From Nitrospirota bacterium (GTDB taxonomy: Bacteria > Nitrospirota > UBA9217): a DNA stretch of 64,000 nt. Shown in pieces: positions 50,827 to 62,035 of the stretch. The stretch's first letter is position 1. Every line of letters starts with the position of its first letter. The notes under the pieces were generated by a model. It saw only the letters and a list, made by a program, of their open reading frames with translations. It searched no databases and was not told the DNA's origin. The translations under genes were made by a program, and so were the position numbers. The stretch is from the NCBI GenBank assembly GCA_963790205.1, contig CAWBNQ010000003.1, positions 32,001-96,000 on the forward strand. The letters run 5' to 3'.

Positions 50827-51753
50827 TCAGTGCGGCCTCCCGGGGTGAAACAACAGGTTCGGACCGCTTCGTGTCTTGCCCGCTTCGTTCATCAGCATGT
50901 CCAGGCCAAGAGCGGCCAGGTCGTCCGCCGTCGCTTCCATTTGCGGGTCTTTTCCCAGGTACAACAGTTTCAGGTAGGAGTTGCAGTCGTCGCAACTCTC
51001 GGCCTTGATCGCGCCGTTCGAGCCTTCCAGGATATGGTAGTCGATCCCCTGGGTGGATTCGCAGGTACTGCACTTGACCCGCACCATGTGCCACTGTGAG
51101 GAGCAGAGGGAGCAGGAAAGGTAACGCAGGCCCTGCTCTGCCCCGCCGCTCTTCACGATACCCACCGTCGGAGAGGAACCGCACACCGGGCATATCCCGC
51201 CCTGCTCCGATCTGCCGAACGTCTCTTCTCCCAAAGAGGACGTCATGTGCACCCAGTAGACCTGCAGGGCTGCGGCGACAAAGGGCAGCTCCTGAGGAGG
51301 AATATCGGCAAAATCTCCCGCTAATATGCTGTCTGCCGTCTCATCCAACCTGGTTTCACTCGCCTGCATCAAGCCGGCTACGGCCGCATTTGCGGCTGGT
51401 GGAAGAGCAACCTCTCTCATCTGCTGAAGAATCATTTTCAGCCCCGCCCGCCAGGCCGGGTTTCGGGGCCAGGACCGGGCGGCCAAAAGCGGCGTGCCAT
51501 ATTTGCGGCATGATGCCTGCTCCTTGGTATCGGGCAGGGGTATGGAGGGGAATCGGTTCAAGGCATCTTGCTGCGCGTTTGCAAGTTGCGCCAAAAAAGC
51601 CAGGTAATCTCCCAGGGGATGACCTTTGGACAGGAACCGCAGACGCTCGGCGCGGCATGCAAAAGTATTCCGTGAAGGGAGGAAGAGAAAACGGATCTCG
51701 CCCAGGGGTGTTTCCAACTGACCGGGCTCAAGGATGCGGACCTCTGTGTTCAT
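50827..51753 (-). CDS. fdhE: Formate dehydrogenase accessory protein
   Basis: CPVCGS, RYL.CSLC...W..VR.KC..C, AESC..C.SYLK, ADDLA. Confidence 0.95.
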   Translation of the reverse strand: MNTEVRILEPGQLETPLGEIRFLFLPSRNTFACRAERLRFLSKGHPLGDYLAFLAQLANAQQDALNRFPSIPLPDTKEQASCRKYGTPLLAARSWPRNPAWRAGLKMILQQMREVALPPAANAAVAGLMQASETRLDETADSILAGDFADIPPQELPFVAAALQVYWVHMTSSLGEETFGRSEQGGICPVCGSSPTVGIVKSGGAEQGLRYLSCSLCSSQWHMVRVKCSTCESTQGIDYHILEGSNGAIKAESCDDCNSYLKLLYLGKDPQMEATADDLAALGLDMLMNEAGKTRSGPNLLFHPGRPH

Positions 51754-52382
51754 TTGCCTCCTCCGGTCATCTCCCGGTACCATGCGGGGTGATGCTGTTT
51801 CGCCCAGGCGCGCCTGACCCGGCCGTACAGCATGGCCCCGATGCTCTCCTTCATCCAGATGGCGGCATAGATATGAAAGATGATCAGGGCGATCATGATC
51901 GCTGCTGCTGCGGCATGAACGACTGAGGCGAAGCGGATCAACCCAACCGGGAAGAGGAACGAGAAATAGGCGCGCCAGATGACGATGCCGGACAGGATGA
52001 GCAACGCCATGCATATGGCCAGCAGCCAGAACAGGAGTTTCTGACCGCCGTTGAACTTGCCCGCTTCCGGCATGTTCCGGTCATCGCCGCCGACCAATTG
52101 GCGGACACGGCTTAGCCATTCCCAGTCAGTCGGCGTCATGACATTCAGCTCCCGGTAATTGAAAAACTCTATGCCGAAAGAAACGGCCATCACCACCCCG
52201 AAGAAGGGATGAAGGATGCGGGTCCAGACGCCGCCGCCGAACAGCAGGGTCAGTGGGTAGTAGAGGGGCTGAAAGAAACTGAGCCCGGACAGCGCTGCCA
52301 GGAAAAAGAGTAATGCCGTCAGCCAGTGTTTGGCGCGCTCGAATGGTGTATATCGGAGTATTTTTTTCGGGTCATTTTTCAT
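51750..52382 (-). CDS. fdnI: Formate dehydrogenase cytochrome b (gamma) subunit
   Basis: RY...[31 protein letters not shown]. Confidence 0.93.
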   Translation of the reverse strand: MKNDPKKILRYTPFERAKHWLTALLFFLAALSGLSFFQPLYYPLTLLFGGGVWTRILHPFFGVVMAVSFGIEFFNYRELNVMTPTDWEWLSRVRQLVGGDDRNMPEAGKFNGGQKLLFWLLAICMALLILSGIVIWRAYFSFLFPVGLIRFASVVHAAAAAIMIALIIFHIYAAIWMKESIGAMLYGRVRRAWAKQHHPAWYREMTGGGK

Positions 52383-53253
52383 CTTTAAACTCCTTTTCGA
52401 TCTCGTCTGAGACCTCATTGGGACCCTTGGTTACATAATGGAGAGCAGCACCGAGGACGCCAAGGCCAAGGGCCAGAGAGGCAAGCGGCTTGGCGCCGTC
52501 TTTCCATAGGGATACCATCGCACTGATAGAGGGGTCCTTGGGAAGGCCGCTGTAGATTTCCGGCTTGTCGGCATGCTGAAGCACATACATCACATGCGTG
52601 CCGCCGACCCCTTGAGGGTTATAGATCCCTGCCTCGGCAAACCCCCGGCTCTTTAGGTCAGCGACCCGTCCGTCTGCGTGGTGGAGCATATCATCCTTGG
52701 TGCCGAACACGATCGCCCCGGTGGGGCAGGTCTTGACACAGGCCGGCTCCAGGCCCACGGCCACCCGGTCGGAGCAGAGGGTGCACTTGTAGACCTTGCT
52801 GTCCTTCTTCGACAGCCGGGGTATGTTGAACGGGCATCCGGTGATGCAGTAGCCGCAGCCGATGCAGTTCTCCTCGTGGAAATCCACGATGCCGTTGCTG
52901 TACTGCACGATGGCGCCGGGCGCCGGGCAGGCCTTGAGGCAGCCCGGTTCTGCGCAGTGCATGCAGCCGTCCTTGCGGATCAACCATTCCAGGCCCCGGT
53001 CGGTTTGCACTTCGGCATAGCGCATCACGGTCCAGGAGTTTTCGGTCAGGTCCATCGGGTTGTCGAGAACGCCATGGTTGGTGCCGATTGCGTCGCGGGT
53101 GTCGTTCCACTCCATGCACGCCGCCTGGCAGGCCTTGCAGCCGATGCATTTCGATACGTCGATCAGCTTCACCACCTCCGGGTCTTTGCGCTGGCTGGGC
53201 GAAGGGGTGGTAGTGGCCGAACGTCGGGTGATGTCAAGTGATTGCAGTGCCAT
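52372..53253 (-). CDS. fdnH: Formate dehydrogenase Fe-S (beta) subunit
   Basis: [31 protein letters not shown]-terminal TM helix. Confidence 0.95.
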   Translation of the reverse strand: MALQSLDITRRSATTTPSPSQRKDPEVVKLIDVSKCIGCKACQAACMEWNDTRDAIGTNHGVLDNPMDLTENSWTVMRYAEVQTDRGLEWLIRKDGCMHCAEPGCLKACPAPGAIVQYSNGIVDFHEENCIGCGYCITGCPFNIPRLSKKDSKVYKCTLCSDRVAVGLEPACVKTCPTGAIVFGTKDDMLHHADGRVADLKSRGFAEAGIYNPQGVGGTHVMYVLQHADKPEIYSGLPKDPSISAMVSLWKDGAKPLASLALGLGVLGAALHYVTKGPNEVSDEIEKEFKDEK

Positions 53254-53263
53254 GATCCACCTC

Positions 53264-56200
53264 CTATGCCTTCTCAATGTTGACGAGGAAAGACTTGAAC
53301 TCCGGTGTCTGGGTATTCGCATCGCCCACGAAAGGCGTCAGGGTGTTGGCCAGGTAACCGTTCTTGGCAATGCCCTTAAAACCCCAGTGGATCGGGATGC
53401 CCACGTGGTGCACGGTCTTGCCGTTCACCTGGAGCGGCTTGATGCGCTTGGTCACTACCGCCTTTGCCTTGATGAAGCCCCGGTTGGACCACACCTTGAC
53501 CATGTCGCCTGCCTTGATGCCCTTCTCTTTGGCTAGTTCCTCGCCGAGCTCCACGAATTGCTCCGGCTGCAGGACGGAGGCGATGCGGGTGTGCTTGGTC
53601 CAGAAGTGGAAGTGCTCCGTCACGCGGTAGGAGGTGCCGGCGTAGGGAAAGTCCTTGCTCTTGCCGAAGGCCGACCGATCGTCCGGGAACACGCGCGCCG
53701 CCGGGTTGCTGATCACCTTCGGGTGCAGCGGGTTGGTGTCGATCGGCGTCTCGAAAGGCTCGTAGTGCTCGGGGAAAGGACCTTCCGCCATTTTGTCCAG
53801 GGCGAACAGCCGCCCCACGCCTTCCGGCTGCATGATGAAGGGGTTCATGCCTTCACTCGGAGCGGAATCGGGTTTGAAGTCCGGCACGTCCACGCCGGTC
53901 CACGCGGTCCCGTTCCAGCTGATCAGCTTTCGTTTCGGGTCCCAAGGCTTCCCCGACGGATCGCAGGACGCGCGGTTGTAGAGGATGCGCCGGTTGGCAG
54001 GCCAGGAGAACGCCCAGTTGAGCGTGTTGCCGAGGCCCGACGGATCGTAATTGTCCCGCCGCGCCATCATGTTGCCCTTTTCCGTCCACGAGCCCGAGAA
54101 GATCCAGCAGCCGCAGCTCGTGGAGCCGTCGTCCTTGAGCTGGGCAAAGCCGTCGAGCTGCTGGCCTTTTTTCAGGATGACCTTGGTCTTCTCCTTGGGG
54201 TCATGCAGGTCCGCAAGGGCCTTGCCGTTGTACTCCATCGCCAGTTCCTCGGGCGAAGGCGCATGGGGAATCTTGTAATCCCACGTAAGGTTCAGGATCG
54301 GGTCGGGGAAAGCGCCTTTCTCCTTCTGGTACAGCTCCCGCAGCTTGAGGAAGATGCCGGCGATGATGTCCGCGTCGGGCTTTGCGTCCCCGGGCGGATT
54401 GGCGCCCTTGTAGTGCCACTGCAGCCAGCGGCCGCTGTTCGTGAGCGACCCGTTCTCCTCGGCGAAGCAGGTCGAGGGGAGGCGGAAAACTTCGGTCTGG
54501 ATCTTCGAGGGGTCCACGTCGTTGTATTCGCCGTGGTTCTCCCAGAAGCAGGAAGTTTCCGTTGCGAGAGGATCGATCACAACCAGATATTTGAGTTTGG
54601 ACAGACCGTCTATCAGCTTGGCCTTGTTCGGGATCGAGGCCAGGGGGTTGAAGCCCTGGCAGAAGTAGCCGTTCAGCTTGCCCTGGTGCATCAGTTCGAA
54701 CACCTGGAGCACGTCATATATCTTGTCCAGCTTGGGCAGCCAGTCAAAGCACCAGTTGTTCTCCTTCGTGGCGGCCTTGCCGAACCAGGCCTTCATCAGG
54801 CTGACATGGAACTTGGCGTAGTTCTGCCAATAGTCCAACTGGCCGGGCCGCAGGGGTTTGAGTGCCCGCGAGCCGATGTACGCCTTGTAGTCGGTCTCCT
54901 TGTCGCCCGGCAGGGTCATGTAGCCGGGCAGGAGGTTGGACAAAAGCCCCAGGTCGGTGAGCCCCTGGATGTTCGAGTGGCCCCGCAGGGCATTCACGCC
55001 GCCCCCTGCCATGCCCACGTTGCCCAGGAGAAGCTGCACCATGGCAGCGGTACGGATCATCTGCGATCCCACCGAATGCTGGGTCCAGCCCAGGGCGTAC
55101 ATGAAGGTGGTGGTGCGGTCAGGTACCGAGGTCGTCGCAATGATCTCGCACACCTTGAGGAATGTCTCCTTAGGAGTGCCGCAGATGTTGCTCACCACCT
55201 CAGGAGTGTAACGAGAGTAGTGCTTTTTGAGAAGCTGCAGCACAGAGCGGGGGTGTTGCATGGTCGCGTCGATCTTGGCGTATCCGTCCGATCCGAGCTC
55301 ATAGCCCCAGGTCGATTTGTCGTACGTGCGCTTGGCATCATCGTAGCCCGAGAACAGGCCGTCCTCGAATTTATAGCCTTCCTTGATGATGAAGGGCGCG
55401 TTGGTGTAGGCCTTGACGTATTCGTGCTGGATTTTGTCGTGGGAGAGCAGGTAATTGATCACCCCGCCCAGGAAGGCGATGTCCGTGCCGGTGCGCAGGG
55501 GCGCATAAAGGTCCGCCACCGATGCCGAGCGGGTGAAGCGGGGATCGATCACGATGAACGTCGCTTTATTATGCGCTTTTGCCTCGGTAACCCATTTGAA
55601 CCCGCAGGGGTGGGCCTCGGCGGCGTTCCCACCCATGACGATGATGACGTTGGCGTTCTTGATGTCAACCCAGTGGTTGGTCATCGCGCCGCGGCCGAAC
55701 GTAGGGGCCAGACTGGCCACCGTGGGGCCGTGTCAGACGCGCGCCTGATTGTCGAAGGCCAGGATGCCGGTGCTGCGGACCGCCTTGTGGGTGATGTAGC
55801 CTGATTCGTTGCTGGACGCGGAGGCTGCCAAAAAGCCGGTGCTCAGCCAGCGGTTGACCGTGGCGCCGGCCGCGTTCTTTTTTATGAAGTTCTTGTCCCG
55901 GTCGTCCTTCATCAGCCGGGCGATCTTTGTAAACGCCTCGTCCCAGGAAATGCGCTTCCATTCATTGGAGCCCGGCGCTCGATACTCCGGGTACTTGAGC
56001 CGGTTGGGGCTGTGGATGAAGTCCACCAGGGAGGCGCCTTTCGGGCAGAGGGTGCCGCGGTTCACCGGATGGTCCGGGTCGCCCTCAATGTGGAAGATGG
56101 ACAGCTCTGCGTTTTTCGCCTTGTCGCCCAGGCTGTGCATGATCAAGCCGCAGCTCACCGAGCAGTAAGGGCAGGTATTGCGGGTCTCGGTGCTGCCAAT

Positions 56201-56320
56201 CAGCTTGAACTCGCGCACCTCTGCCAGCGCCTCGCCGGGCGAAAAGCCGAGGGCCGCGACGCTGGAAGCCCCCAGTCCGCCGACGGAAATCTTGAAAAAC
56301 TGTCTCCGTGTCACGCGCAT
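53264..56320 (-). CDS. fdnG: Formate dehydrogenase alpha subunit, selenocysteine-containing (1018 aa)
   Basis: Tat signal [15 protein letters not shown]; in-frame TGA at 55733-55735 in NQARV-U-HGPTV. Confidence 0.96.
55700..55732 (-). promoter_or_regulatory. Bacterial SECIS element
   Basis: After UGA: CACGGCCCCAC-GG(U)GGCC-AGUCU-GGCCCC, like the enterobacterial fdnG/fdhF SECIS. Confidence 0.85.
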
Positions 56321-56499
56321 TTTTATACCTCCATGGTTTGCACAGGCATAGATGGCAATGTAATGCAGACTTTCGGCGACTGCTTACCGGTCTTGAGCGG
56401 GTTTTGCCCGCGCCGCAACCAGGGTCCGCGCCCAGGCTTACGGCCTCAGCGACAACACCGTGCTGAACGGACCCATTAATAAAAAAGGCTGATGCGGAA

Positions 56500-56528
56500 A
56501 GTCTAGCGCGACTGTTATGCCTTGTCAA
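56500..56528 (-). promoter_or_regulatory. Sigma70 promoter of the fdn operon
   Basis: TTGACA-N17-TAGACT. Confidence 0.7.
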
Positions 56529-56872
56529 ATACTGCGATCTATTTATATCTTACTAAAGTGTTAATTATATGCGTTGGACTTTTTTTGATGGGGGCGATGG
56601 GCAGAGGTTGCCAGCTTATTGAATACGTTAAAAAAACCTGCGCTCCATCCCGTGTTCGGGATGACCTCCGGCCGCACGTCCCAGGTCGAAGAAAGACTGT
56701 GGAGGCTGTGTGTGTCTTTCTGTATTGAGAAGCCTTTTGATCTCTGCGAGGTCGCGTACAGGATCTTCAAATAACATCATCTTGCCGGGTTGCTTACTGC
56801 GCGGACAGGTTTGAGCAATTTTCTCTGATGGAGTAAAGTCCGGGCAGGTCAAGGGGCGCGGGAGAAAAGAAA

Positions 56873-56900
56873 AGCAGGCCCTGGTAAAGCAGGGCCTGCT
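56873..56900 (-). terminator. cspA terminator
   Basis: AGCAGGCCCTG/CAGGGCCTGCT followed by a U-rich tract. Confidence 0.75.
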
Positions 56901-56924
56901 CATGAGGTTTAGGCTTAGATACGT

Positions 56925-57125
56925 TTAGAGCTTTACGACGTTGGCTGCCTTGGGGCCCTTGGGCGAGTCGACAACGTCGAACTGCACTTGCTGGCCTTCG
57001 GCCAATGACTTGAAGCCGCTGTCCTGTATGTCGCCGAAATGGACGAATACATCTCCGCCATTTTCACGGGTAATGAATCCAAAACCTTTGGAATCATTGA
57101 ACCATTTCACAGTGCCTGTTTCCAT
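56925..57125 (-). CDS. cspA: Cold-shock protein
   Basis: GTVKWFN..KGFGFI, DVFVHF, KGP.A.NV. Confidence 0.96.
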   Translation of the reverse strand: METGTVKWFNDSKGFGFITRENGGDVFVHFGDIQDSGFKSLAEGQQVQFDVVDSPKGPKAANVVKL

Positions 57126-57445
57126 GATGAGCTACCTCCTTCTTGTGAATTGAAGCTGACGGAAAGGACAAAAAAAATCCGCAAAGCCTAACATGTCTTT
57201 GCGGTCACCCTACAAATACATCCGGAACTTCTGGAAAACATAATCGCACGTTGGCGCCGGGAAGTCAAGCATTATTTTTTAAAAAAGCGGCAGGTTCACG
57301 GACCTGTACGCGCGCCTCGGACCCGGGGCGGCGAAAAAGACTGTGCGCTCTTGTCCGCTCCGGTCATTTAGGCGTATACATCGTACGGACATCCCGGTAT
57401 AATGGAGTTGCTGAACAAATATCTTCGCTTGAGAGGAGCAACCCG

Positions 57446-57601
57446 TTGGGAAAACCGAATTTCAGTTTCCAAAAGCACCAGAAAGAAATGGCAAAGAAAA
57501 AAAAGAACGAGGAAAAAAAACAGCGCAAGCTGGAAAAGAATACGGTCCAGACCGCGGAGGGACCGGCCCGGCCAGCTGACGACGGGGGAGAGGCCAAATA
57601 A
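57446..57601 (+). CDS. Small Lys-rich protein (51 aa, TTG start)
   Basis: RBS GAGGAG; KPNFSFQK.QKE.AKKKK.EEK.QRKL; TATAAT upstream. Confidence 0.7.
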   Translation: MGKPNFSFQKHQKEMAKKKKNEEKKQRKLEKNTVQTAEGPARPADDGGEAK

Positions 57602-57861
57602 ATACCCCTGCCCGGCGCGCCTTCTGTCCTGTCCCAAGCCCGCAAAAAAAACAAAGGGAGCGGACCCGACCCCGTTGTTATTCTCCGCCGTTGCATGGAC
57701 CGCCCCTGGCCGGACGGGTTTCGGGTAAATATCATCCTTCCTCCTAAAGTATTTGTCTTGGCAAACCGTAACCGGACGCCCCTTGATTTACGGGGCTTTC
57801 AGTTGTAAAATATGGATAGAAGAGAAAGAAAAAAAAGAAGGAGTATATGAAGGAGTATATT

Positions 57862-59160
57862 ATGAGAAAGAGGCTGTCCATAATGCTGGCGGCCGGCTTA
57901 CTCCTCTATCCTTTCGCGGCCTTTGCTGCAGACTACGGATCGCAACCATCGCAAACCCAACAAACTCCTCCGGTAGCCCAACCACTGGTACGTGAAGGCG
58001 ATTTTGCAGTCAAGCTGGCAGCCACACTTGATTTAGGCACTCCGACCGACGAAGCGGTTGCCGAGGACATGCTGACCAGGGCAGGGGTCGCCCCGCTGAA
58101 CGGGTGGCTCTCGGACTACCCGATGACGCCCGAGATCGCGGGACAGCTTCATGACTCGATTGCTAAGGCCGCAGGAAAGGGCAAGCTGCCGATGACCTCG
58201 GAAGAGGCGATACGGGGGCTTGATTATCTGACCGCGAAGATGAACCTGCCGACACCGGCGGGCCCGGGGACCGAGGCGGCTGAAGGGACGACGCCCCAGG
58301 CCGATCAATCCAACCCGACGGTCATCAACAACTACTACTATGACGAGGGCGCCCCGGTCATCACCTACTATCCGCCTCCCTATGATTATTTTTACCTCTA
58401 TGACTGGGTGCCCTATCCGGTCTGGTGGTTCGGCTTCTGGTTCCCGGGCTTCTACATTTGCCACGATTTCACCACCACGGTGGTCGTGAGCAACCCCGTC
58501 TTCGTGAACAGGACGTTCGTGAACAGAACTGCCGTCGTGAGCAACCACGTGATCGATCCGGTCACGAGGACCGTTGTACGGGTCGACCCGGTCGGAAGAA
58601 CGGGCGCGCGTAACGGGAAGCCCGTGACCATGCTCCGGACCGAGGGCGGAAGGACTTTCACGACCCTTAGGGAGTTGAGAAGGGTCGCCGCCGTTACCGG
58701 CCTGAACGCCGGGAGGCCGGGAAGTTTCGCGAGGGGCACGCTCCGGACCGAAGGATTCAATTCTCCTGCCGCCAGGAAGAGCGCGGAAGCCATCTACTCA
58801 AGGAGCATTGCCGGCGCGAGGTACGGCCGAAGGACCGAAGGGAGCTCATACCGCGGAGGAGGTCGTCGGACCGCCATCTCCGGCAGGCCGTACGGATCTC
58901 CGGCAACAACGAGGAGAAACAATGGATCCTTCAAGCCGTACGAAGGCCAAGGCAGGCCCGGAAGAACATATAATTATAACGGATATAACGGACCGGTCAG
59001 GGGCAATGAAAGACGGTATGCCGCGCCAGGCCCATCGGCAAGGCAGTACAGCGGCCCCCTGATGAGGGGCGGTTTTCAATCCATGAGGCCGATGTCCGGC
59101 AGCGGACGGCAAGGGGGCGGAAGTTACGGTCGAACCTACGCCTATCCGAGGCGGCAGTGA
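57862..59160 (+). CDS. Exported hypothetical protein with aromatic-rich core and Arg/Gly-rich tail
   Basis: RBS AAGGAG; signal peptide AFA-A; YYPPP..Y.YLY.WVPYP.WW. Confidence 0.75.
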   Translation: MRKRLSIMLAAGLLLYPFAAFAADYGSQPSQTQQTPPVAQPLVREGDFAVKLAATLDLGTPTDEAVAEDMLTRAGVAPLNGWLSDYPMTPEIAGQLHDSIAKAAGKGKLPMTSEEAIRGLDYLTAKMNLPTPAGPGTEAAEGTTPQADQSNPTVINNYYYDEGAPVITYYPPPYDYFYLYDWVPYPVWWFGFWFPGFYICHDFTTTVVVSNPVFVNRTFVNRTAVVSNHVIDPVTRTVVRVDPVGRTGARNGKPVTMLRTEGGRTFTTLRELRRVAAVTGLNAGRPGSFARGTLRTEGFNSPAARKSAEAIYSRSIAGARYGRRTEGSSYRGGGRRTAISGRPYGSPATTRRNNGSFKPYEGQGRPGRTYNYNGYNGPVRGNERRYAAPGPSARQYSGPLMRGGFQSMRPMSGSGRQGGGSYGRTYAYPRRQ

Positions 59161-59408
59161 GAGAGGTAATTGCGGCCGCAGCGTAAGGTTGGCGCCATAC
59201 AAGGCCACGGAGCATCGCGGGCGGAGCAAAGCAGTCGTTATTTTTTCGAGCGGAAAAGAACGATCGCTCGGCCGCTCCGCTCCTCGCGATGTGTTTATCG
59301 CGTTTTCAGGCATCGTTGCATTTCGCCGGTTTTCGGCAAAGGGACCCTTCCGGGCGTTGATTAAATTCTCCTACTACACCCTCTATCATATATCCGTAAT
59401 GTCAAGAA

Positions 59409-59547
59409 TTAACGGGCTGTTGCCCAAACTATTTTTTGTCACCCTGAGCAAAGTGAAGGGTCTGCAATCATATTGTAAATGCGAGATTCTTCGCTGCGCT
59501 CAGAATGACATTTTGGGCGCAAAGTGATTTGGGCAACAGCCCGTTAA
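59409..59547. mobile_element. MITE-like element with internal REP-like palindrome
   Basis: Perfect 20-bp IR TTAACGGGCTGTTGCCCAAA (59409-59428 and 59528-59547). Confidence 0.75.
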
Positions 59548-59992
59548 CCACAGACCACAGAGAAGGTCCTGAATGTATGGGGGTAACTTCCTCTGTGTCC
59601 TCCCTCCCCCTCAGCGTTTATTACCAGCTCCGTTTGTTTTGTCTTGTCAGTTAAACCATGAGAACACAGAGCATCTTATTGATAAATAAATTCAAAGTGC
59701 TTGGGCTTTACCCAGGCGTTACTCGGTGCCCTCTGTGGTTTGATGCTTTGCCTCTCTTCTTTCATGAAACTTTTGACAGTACCCACATATCACAACAGAC
59801 CACACCACGAAGAGAGGGAAATTCGCGGCCGGCCCTTAACTCGAAGAATACAATAATGCGCGTTGTACGTTATAATTATAGGCAGGAGCGACCTTTGGAA
59901 GCGGCGCCGGCGTTTAAGCTCCTGCCGCGCACGCCCAGGCGCATGCGACGTGAGGCGGCGTAAGCTCAGGAGCCGTAGTGCGGGGAAGCGTC

Positions 59993-60943
59993 ATGGGACA
60001 GACGGAAACCTATGAAGTAATCATTGCGGGAGGAGGGCCTGCAGGGCTCACCGCGGGACTGTATTGCAAAAGGGCCGGCTTGAAAACAATCCTCTTTGAG
60101 AAAGGATTGATCGGCGGCCAGATCGCCATTTCAAAAGAGGTGGAGAACTACCCGGGTGTTGAGGGCATTACCGGCTTCGACCTGGCTGAGAAACTGATCC
60201 ATCATGCCCGGTCCTTCAACCTGCACGTTGTCCCGCGGGGCGTTTCGAAGATAACCGTGGGGTCCGATCTTCACTCGGTCCTGCTTGCCGACGGCGAGCT
60301 GCTCCAGACCGTTGCCCTGATCCTCGCCGTCGGCGGGACCGCGCGAAAGCTCGGCGTCCCCGGGGAAGCGGAATACCTCGGCATGGGCGTTTCCTACTGC
60401 GGCACCTGCGACGGGTTCTTCTTCAGGGACAAGACCGTCGTTGTCGTCGGAGGGGGAGACACGGCCGTGGAGGAGGCGCTCTATCTCTCGCGGCTGGCTG
60501 GCAAGGTCACTCTCGTGCACAGAAGGGATGCCTTGCGGGCAAGCAAAATACTCCAAAGCCGTCTTATGAACGAGCCGCGGATCAACGTGGTCTGGAACAG
60601 CGTTATTACGGAGATCAAGGGAGACGCGAGAGCGGTCCGCGCCGTTTCCGTGGAAAATACCGGGACCGGGAAACGGGGAGAAATACCGACGGACGGCGTT
60701 TTTATTTTTCTCGGCTATGTTCCCGATAACCGATTGGTCCCTCCCGCGGTGCGGACGAACGAACTGGGCTTCGTCATCACCAACGAGATGTGCGAGACGA
60801 GCGTTCCGGGCATCTTCGCGGCCGGCGATCTGCGGCAAAAGTTTGCCAACCAGATCGTGGTGGCGGCCGCGGACGGTTGTATCGCCGCACTGGGCGCCGC
60901 GCGGTACGTCGAGGTGCAGAAAGCCGGGGCCCGCGTGGTGTGA
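59993..60943 (+). CDS. trxB: Thioredoxin reductase
   Basis: GGGPAG, GGQ, VENYPG, CGTCDG, VGGGDTA.EE, HRRD, AAGD. Confidence 0.95.
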   Translation: MGQTETYEVIIAGGGPAGLTAGLYCKRAGLKTILFEKGLIGGQIAISKEVENYPGVEGITGFDLAEKLIHHARSFNLHVVPRGVSKITVGSDLHSVLLADGELLQTVALILAVGGTARKLGVPGEAEYLGMGVSYCGTCDGFFFRDKTVVVVGGGDTAVEEALYLSRLAGKVTLVHRRDALRASKILQSRLMNEPRINVVWNSVITEIKGDARAVRAVSVENTGTGKRGEIPTDGVFIFLGYVPDNRLVPPAVRTNELGFVITNEMCETSVPGIFAAGDLRQKFANQIVVAAADGCIAALGAARYVEVQKAGARVV

Positions 60944-61184
60944 TGAGGAGAACGCCCGGAGTGAGGCGTGATATGACGAAAGATGACTATCCGCATTGAT
61001 GCAGGATACCGTGTAAATCCAAGCCCTCTCCCTCGTTTTAGATCCCCTTGATCAAACGGCTGAACCTAGAAACGGCATTTGACACATATCAATTCATTGT
61101 GACATTTATCGACAAGAAGCCGGGAAAAAAGCGAGGACGACACCAGGGCATCTGGTGCAGGGCTCGCGATATCCACTATTGCTA

Positions 61185-61224
61185 TTGATAATTGCCAATT
61201 GGAATGATATAATGGCAATTATCA
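61185..61224 (+). promoter_or_regulatory. TA promoter with palindromic operator
   Basis: TTGATA-N17-TATAAT; perfect 12-bp IR TGATAATTGCCA/TGGCAATTATCA. Confidence 0.8.
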
Positions 61225-61234
61225 GGAGGTTGGC

Positions 61235-61498
61235 ATGAAAACAACGCTGGACCGTTTCGGAAGAGTAGTGGTACCCAAGGACATCAGGGACCGGCTGGGA
61301 CTGCGTCCGGGGGTAGAGATCGAGATAGACGAAAAAGAGAATGAAGTCGTACTGAAGCTCGTTGATCACGAACCCTCGCTCATGGTGAAAGGGGGCCTCC
61401 TTGTTTATTCCGGGAAAGCGATCGGAGACTTAAGGGGGGCTGTCAGCGCTCATCGTGACGAGCGGCTTCGCAAAGTCGCGTCCGGGAAGAAATCATGA
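61235..61498 (+). CDS. vapB: AbrB/MazE-fold antitoxin
   Basis: LDRFGRVVVPK.IRDRLGL.PG. Confidence 0.88.
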   Translation: MKTTLDRFGRVVVPKDIRDRLGLRPGVEIEIDEKENEVVLKLVDHEPSLMVKGGLLVYSGKAIGDLRGAVSAHRDERLRKVASGKKS

Positions 61499-61929
61499 AA
61501 GCGCTGCTCGACACATCGGTGCTCGTCGCCGCGCTCGTGGAACCGCACCCTGAACATCAGCGCGCCCTTCCCTGGCTCACAAAAGGGAAGTCTCGTACAA
61601 ATGAGTTGGTGATATCGTCGCACAGCATCGCAGAGCTCTATGCCGTGCTCTCGACGCTGCCGGTCAGTCCACGGATATCTCCGGGCCTCGCATGGCGGCT
61701 TATCCACGAGAGTGTTGAGCCGAGGGTGTCCATTGTCCCGCTTTCCTCCTCCGATTATCTTGCAACGATCAAACACATGAGCGATATAGGGCTTTCCGGG
61801 GGAGCTGTGTACGACGCCCTTATCGTGAAGGCTGCACAGAAGAGCGGGGCCGACCGCATTGTGACCTTTAACTCGAACGATTTTAAGCGCGTATGGCCTG
61901 AAGGGGCGGACCGTATCGTCGCGCCGTGA
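61495..61929 (+). CDS. vapC: PIN-domain toxin
   Basis: LLDTSVL, AELY, YDALI, TFN..DF; ATGA overlap. Confidence 0.9.
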   Translation: MKALLDTSVLVAALVEPHPEHQRALPWLTKGKSRTNELVISSHSIAELYAVLSTLPVSPRISPGLAWRLIHESVEPRVSIVPLSSSDYLATIKHMSDIGLSGGAVYDALIVKAAQKSGADRIVTFNSNDFKRVWPEGADRIVAP

Positions 61930-62035
61930 AACCTGTTTTAAGGCAGCCGGTCATCTTTAGCCGTGGATTCTTTTACCCGCGAGTGCCGGACCCGGGAGAT
62001 TGTCCGCTTGAATTTTCCCGCTCATCCGTGGTAAA

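Noticed and set aside
55733..55735. Premature stop making fdnG a pseudogene
   Set aside because: Position and SECIS indicate selenocysteine
53558..55804. Long opposite-strand ORFs (also 11449-13398, 20145-21629, 26517-27953, 62300-63994)
   Set aside because: Antisense shadows of well-supported genes in GC-rich DNA
57760..57800. GGCAAACC...GGACGC as a c-di-GMP-I riboswitch
   Set aside because: Lacks the following AAA junction and the second stem with its tetraloop receptor
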